This document shows, piece after piece, positions 60,395 through 64,000 of a stretch of 64,000 bases of DNA (position 1 is its first letter; each line of letters opens with the position of its first letter). Position numbers and translations under genes: made by a program. Source of the DNA: Microgenomates group bacterium. Its GTDB lineage: Bacteria; Patescibacteriota; Microgenomatia; UBA10105; UBA927. The stretch lies in contig JBAQFJ010000001.1 in NCBI GenBank assembly GCA_049287205.1, positions 122,042 to 186,041 of the forward strand, written 5' to 3'. Below the pieces are notes generated by a model that saw nothing but the letters and a program-made list of their open reading frames with translations, ran no database searches and was not told the DNA's origin.

Positions 60395-61201
60395 ATGAGC
60401 ATTGAACGCGGTGGTTTCAGTTTTAAAAATAATATCAATTATTCTCCGGTGAAAATAATTCCGGAGGGTTGGGGAAACGTATTTGTTCACTACGAGCCAA
60501 ATAATTGGCAACGTACAACGCCGGTTATCGATTCGGGCATACCGGATCATGGCGCACAGGGAGCTATTACCCTTCAAATAGGAAAAGAAAAACCGACAAC
60601 TATACCTAAAGGAGAAGTTACAGTCCCTGACGGGGCGACCGTTACCTGTACCTATTTTACGAAAAACGATCCAAAAGGCATGCAACCGATAACTATAGAA
60701 CTATACAGGAACGGGTCTTCACCAACAGTTTTTGATCCAAATAAAAATACTACGGAAGAAAAGAAATTTTCTCTTGAGAGTCAGTCTGTGTTAACTGGTG
60801 AAGAATTTCCCAATCCACTAGAGCCAAAAATGAAAGTGTGGGAAGAAAAAAATCCAACATATATAACACAATCTCAGGTTGAGGAAATTTTAGGTTTTAA
60901 TGTTTCTATGCTGATCAAAAAAGGATTTATTCATCCACGATATCATGATCACAAAGGCACGATTAAAGAGTTTACGATGCATGATGTTTTACGCGCCTTT
61001 CTTATAAAAACGGTAAAGACGGAAAATCATCTGGTATTTTGGAGTCAAATCCGATCTTCGACTGTGACACCGTTTACCGAAAAGAATGTTCAATATCTTC
61101 GAGAGCAATCAGATTGGCCGGAGTTAGTGAAACGCGGGAAAACGTTTGGAATAGATGTAGAGCAATATGCAGATAGTCTTTTGAAGAATATGTCGCGATA
61201 A
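60395..61201 (+). CDS. hypothetical protein
   Basis: 268 aa, no recognisable domain; bracketed by GAGGGTCAGACCCT copies. Confidence 0.5.
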   Translation: MSIERGGFSFKNNINYSPVKIIPEGWGNVFVHYEPNNWQRTTPVIDSGIPDHGAQGAITLQIGKEKPTTIPKGEVTVPDGATVTCTYFTKNDPKGMQPITIELYRNGSSPTVFDPNKNTTEEKKFSLESQSVLTGEEFPNPLEPKMKVWEEKNPTYITQSQVEEILGFNVSMLIKKGFIHPRYHDHKGTIKEFTMHDVLRAFLIKTVKTENHLVFWSQIRSSTVTPFTEKNVQYLREQSDWPELVKRGKTFGIDVEQYADSLLKNMSR

Positions 61202-61228
61202 TATATCTCTATATGTGAGTATTCCATA

Positions 61229-61247
61229 GCGAGGGTCAGACCCTCTC
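61229..61247. repeat. palindromic element, copy 10
   Basis: gcGAGGGTCAGACCCTCTC, upstream of mreB. Confidence 0.8.
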
Positions 61248-61293
61248 ATCACGTAGTTTGCTCTGATCATTTTGTGATAGAATGCATGGTACG

Positions 61294-62349
61294 ATGTTCG
61301 ACTTCTTTTTTGGACTACTTTCGCATGATTTAGGTATCGATTTAGGTACCGCAAATACACTCGTGTATGTAAAAGGAAAAGGCATTCTTATCCGTGAACC
61401 ATCGGTTGTCGCCAGACAAAAACGTTCTAAACAGGTTGTCGCCATTGGCAAAGAAGCAAAGAAGATGCTTGGAAAAACACCCGGAACAATTGAAGCTCTT
61501 CGCCCCCTCAAAGATGGGGTAATAGCTGATTTTGACGCGACAGCTGCAATGCTGAAATATTATATCGGCATCGTGCATGAACACCCAAAAACCCGATTAT
61601 TACCGAACATTCCCCGCCCCAAAGTGGTGATTGGTATTCCTTCCGGAGTAACAGAAGTGGAACGCCGCGCCGTGCAAGAGGCCGCACTTATGGCGGGTGC
61701 TAGAGAAGCATATTTAATTGAAGAACCAATGGCTGCAGCAATCGGATCGAAATTGCCGATTCAGGATTCCGCGGGTAGTTTTATTTGCGATATCGGTGGC
61801 GGAACAACAGAAATTGCCGTGTTATCGCTCGGTGGTATTGTAGTCAATCGAAGCATCAGGACTGCAGGAGACGAAATGGATGAAGCAATTCAGACATTTG
61901 TCAGGGTTAAATACGGTATGCTTATCGGCGACCAAACTGCTGAAGCTGTAAAAATTGCTGTTGGCAGTGCGTATCCGGTCGGAAAAAGCGACAGGCAAGC
62001 AGTTGTCCGCGGCCGTGATATTGAAACAGGATTACCCCGGTCAATCCGTGTGAGTGAGTCAGAAGTTAGAGAAGCACTTTCGCCTGTTATTCAGGAAATT
62101 GTTGAGGCAATTGGGGAAACCATGGAAGAAACGCCTCCTGAGCTCGTTGGAGACATTCTGGAACATGGGATTGTACTTGCAGGTGGAGGGTCACTCATTC
62201 GTGGCATTGATAAACTGATTGCAACAGAAACAAAAATGCCGGTATGGATTACGGAAGATCCGCAAACTGCAGTTGTACGCGGGTGTGGTATATTACTTGA
62301 TGATGCGGCACTCCTTTCTCATGTGAAAGTTGCACAGAGAAAAGGGTAA
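61294..62349 (+). CDS. mreB: rod shape-determining protein MreB
   Basis: ORF 61282..62349; start MFDFFFGLLSHDLGIDLGTANTLVYV at 61294; actin-fold phosphate-binding motifs. Confidence 0.9.
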   Translation: MFDFFFGLLSHDLGIDLGTANTLVYVKGKGILIREPSVVARQKRSKQVVAIGKEAKKMLGKTPGTIEALRPLKDGVIADFDATAAMLKYYIGIVHEHPKTRLLPNIPRPKVVIGIPSGVTEVERRAVQEAALMAGAREAYLIEEPMAAAIGSKLPIQDSAGSFICDIGGGTTEIAVLSLGGIVVNRSIRTAGDEMDEAIQTFVRVKYGMLIGDQTAEAVKIAVGSAYPVGKSDRQAVVRGRDIETGLPRSIRVSESEVREALSPVIQEIVEAIGETMEETPPELVGDILEHGIVLAGGGSLIRGIDKLIATETKMPVWITEDPQTAVVRGCGILLDDAALLSHVKVAQRKG

Positions 62350-62374
62350 CGCGCGGCATGTTTTTACCATCACT

Positions 62375-62956
62375 ATGTCATTTGCTTTAGTTATCTCTCG
62401 AGTTTTTGAACCGCTTGTTTTGTTTATTTTTATCCTTGTGATGGTATTTGTGCGGGCCAAACTTCCTCTTGCTACGGCGTTGTGGCAAGGCGGTATTATT
62501 CTTTTTGTAATCATTTTGCCACCAATACTGTTACTTATTCGAGCCCTAAAGCAAAAGAAAATTTCCAATTGGGATATGAGTGACAGGAAACAGCGGGTTG
62601 GGGCGCTCGTTGTTTTCCTCGGGTTTTTTGCTTTTGGTATTTTTTTGCTTTCATTATTTCGAGAGCCCGTTATTACCAATTTTTTCCTGTATATGTTTGG
62701 TGTGTTTTTACTATTTTTTTTGGTAACGCTTCGATATAAAATGTCAGGACATCTTACAGGAGCTGCTATTTGGGTTTTTTCGGTTTCATCATGGTTTGGA
62801 TGGTATACCACTCTTTTATTTATGATTTTGCCACTGCTTGCTTGGTCTCGTGTGACACTTAAACGTCATACCTTAGGACAAGTGCTTCTGGGAACAGTTT
62901 TTGGATGTGTGTGCGGATATATCGGTATTCGATTTGGATATATTCCACACTACTAG
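62375..62956 (+). CDS. multi-TM membrane protein (degenerate PAP2-like motifs; MreD-like position)
   Basis: ORF 62330..62956; start at 62375 after the mreB stop. KMSGH ... SRVTLKRH resemble PAP2 motifs 2 and 3. Sits between mreB and mrdA. Confidence 0.3.
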   Translation: MSFALVISRVFEPLVLFIFILVMVFVRAKLPLATALWQGGIILFVIILPPILLLIRALKQKKISNWDMSDRKQRVGALVVFLGFFAFGIFLLSLFREPVITNFFLYMFGVFLLFFLVTLRYKMSGHLTGAAIWVFSVSSWFGWYTTLLFMILPLLAWSRVTLKRHTLGQVLLGTVFGCVCGYIGIRFGYIPHY

Positions 62957-62957
62957 T

Positions 62958-64000
62958 ATGAAACTTGGGGAGGCATTTTCAGATAACGTAACAGGTGGCG
63001 GGTCGCGGGACAAACGATTGTTTCGGGAGAAGGCGGAGTCCTGGTGGAGCGGTTCAGGGAGATTTTTATTATTTACTTCCTTTTTGTATCTAGCACTTTT
63101 TGTCCTTGTATGGCGGTTGTTTGACCTTACAGTTGTGCAAGGGCATCAATATCGCAATTTAGCTGACGGAAACAGAACGCGGGCACTTGTCCGTCATGCG
63201 CCGCGTGGACTTTTACTTGACAGGACGGGAAAACCGCTCGTTGCCAATATTCCCGAATACCGGTTGATTCGTCCGTGTGAAGGGGAAAATACAGCCTCTG
63301 AATGTACGATGCGTATTTCAGAGGAAGAAGGAAACAGATTGCAAAACACAGGGCTTCCCCTTGGAAGTTTTTTGGAAGTTGATTATAAACGGGTGTATTT
63401 GTACCCGGAAGCAATGGCGCATGTCTTGGGATATATCAATGAATTGACGGATGCGGAAGTGCATGACGATTATTATGCATTACGGGGATATGGCTCAGGA
63501 GACAGGCTTGGAAGAACCGGTGCTGAAGAAGTATTTGAAGAACGGCTGCGCGGAAAAAACGGAAAGGAATTAGTCGAGGTTGATTCCACGGGGAAAATTC
63601 TTCGGGTGTTGGGATCTGACCCTGCGATTCCCGGAGAAAATATAACACTGTCTATTGATATTGGTTTAGCTCTTGCCGCACAAACAGCATTTCCAGAAGG
63701 TCAAAAAGGTGCGGTTGTTGTGACCAAGCCCTCAACCGGGGAAATCCTTGCGTTGTATTCCAGTCCTTCCTATAACCCGAATTTATTTACGTCCGGCATG
63801 TCCAGCGACGAATACAACGCGCTTGTAAATAATCCGGATTTGCCTATGTTTAACAGATCTATCGGCGGTGTCTATCCGCCCGGTTCCACATTTAAAATTG
63901 TCACAGCACTTGCGGCCTTAGAAGAAAAAGCGATTGATAAAGATACAATTGTTGAGGATACCGGCGTCATTACCATCGGCCCGTACAAATTCCCCAATTG
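62958..64000 (+). CDS. mrdA: penicillin-binding protein 2 (peptidoglycan D,D-transpeptidase MrdA), 5' part, continues beyond window
   Basis: Open frame from ATG 62958 to the window end; N-terminal TM, ...LLDRTGKPLVAN..., GSTFK (SxxK). Absent from the ORF track because no stop in window. Confidence 0.8.
   Translation, partial: MKLGEAFSDNVTGGGSRDKRLFREKAESWWSGSGRFLLFTSFLYLALFVLVWRLFDLTVVQGHQYRNLADGNRTRALVRHAPRGLLLDRTGKPLVANIPEYRLIRPCEGENTASECTMRISEEEGNRLQNTGLPLGSFLEVDYKRVYLYPEAMAHVLGYINELTDAEVHDDYYALRGYGSGDRLGRTGAEEVFEERLRGKNGKELVEVDSTGKILRVLGSDPAIPGENITLSIDIGLALAAQTAFPEGQKGAVVVTKPSTGEILALYSSPSYNPNLFTSGMSSDEYNALVNNPDLPMFNRSIGGVYPPGSTFKIVTALAALEEKAIDKDTIVEDTGVITIGPYKFPN

Noticed and set aside
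63611-63630. Partial match to the palindromic element inside mrdA (gggatctgaccctgcgatt).
   Set aside because: Only a half-site plus chance flank, in coding sequence. Probably coincidental, although it shares 15 nt with the copy after rpmG.

Overview
64 kb window from a low-GC (about 40-45 %) bacterial genome. The gene content looks like a reduced Candidate Phyla Radiation (Patescibacteria-like) genome; this is an inference from many O-antigen-ligase/TPR membrane proteins, several archaeal-type enzymes and weak Shine-Dalgarno usage. Identifiable content: (i) a pentose-phosphate block (rpiB, rpe, fused transketolase) and a fused archaeal-type PPAT-DPCK coenzyme A gene; (ii) the ribosomal cluster secE-nusG ... 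rplK-rplA-rplJ-rplL on the minus strand, interrupted between nusG and rplK by a 3.5 kb block of four uncharacterised genes, with rpmG and tRNA-Trp found elsewhere; (iii) galU, a tdh-kbl threonine catabolism operon, a tRNA-Thr/tRNA-Tyr cluster with a degenerate tRNA fragment, an ArsR regulator and two large unknown surface proteins; (iv) a roughly 20 kb cell-surface glycan locus (bifunctional Sat/CysC PAPS synthase + TauE, five GT4 glycosyltransferases, radical-SAM/SPASM protein, Wzx flippase, O-antigen-ligase-like proteins, SAM methyltransferase, a GT2 fused to a GT-C-like membrane domain, further GT-C-like membrane proteins); (v) pyrH-like, site-2 protease, rpmB, def-fmt, SPFH protein, mreB, a membrane protein, start of mrdA (PBP2). 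A 15-19 bp near-palindromic element GAGGGTC-W-GACCCTC occurs in at least 11 copies, mostly intergenic; it often brackets single genes and twice lies inside coding sequence. No rRNA, CRISPR array or obvious transposase/integrase gene was seen. Coordinates I derived by hand (tRNAs, rpmG, hairpins, repeats) may be off by 1-2 nt.
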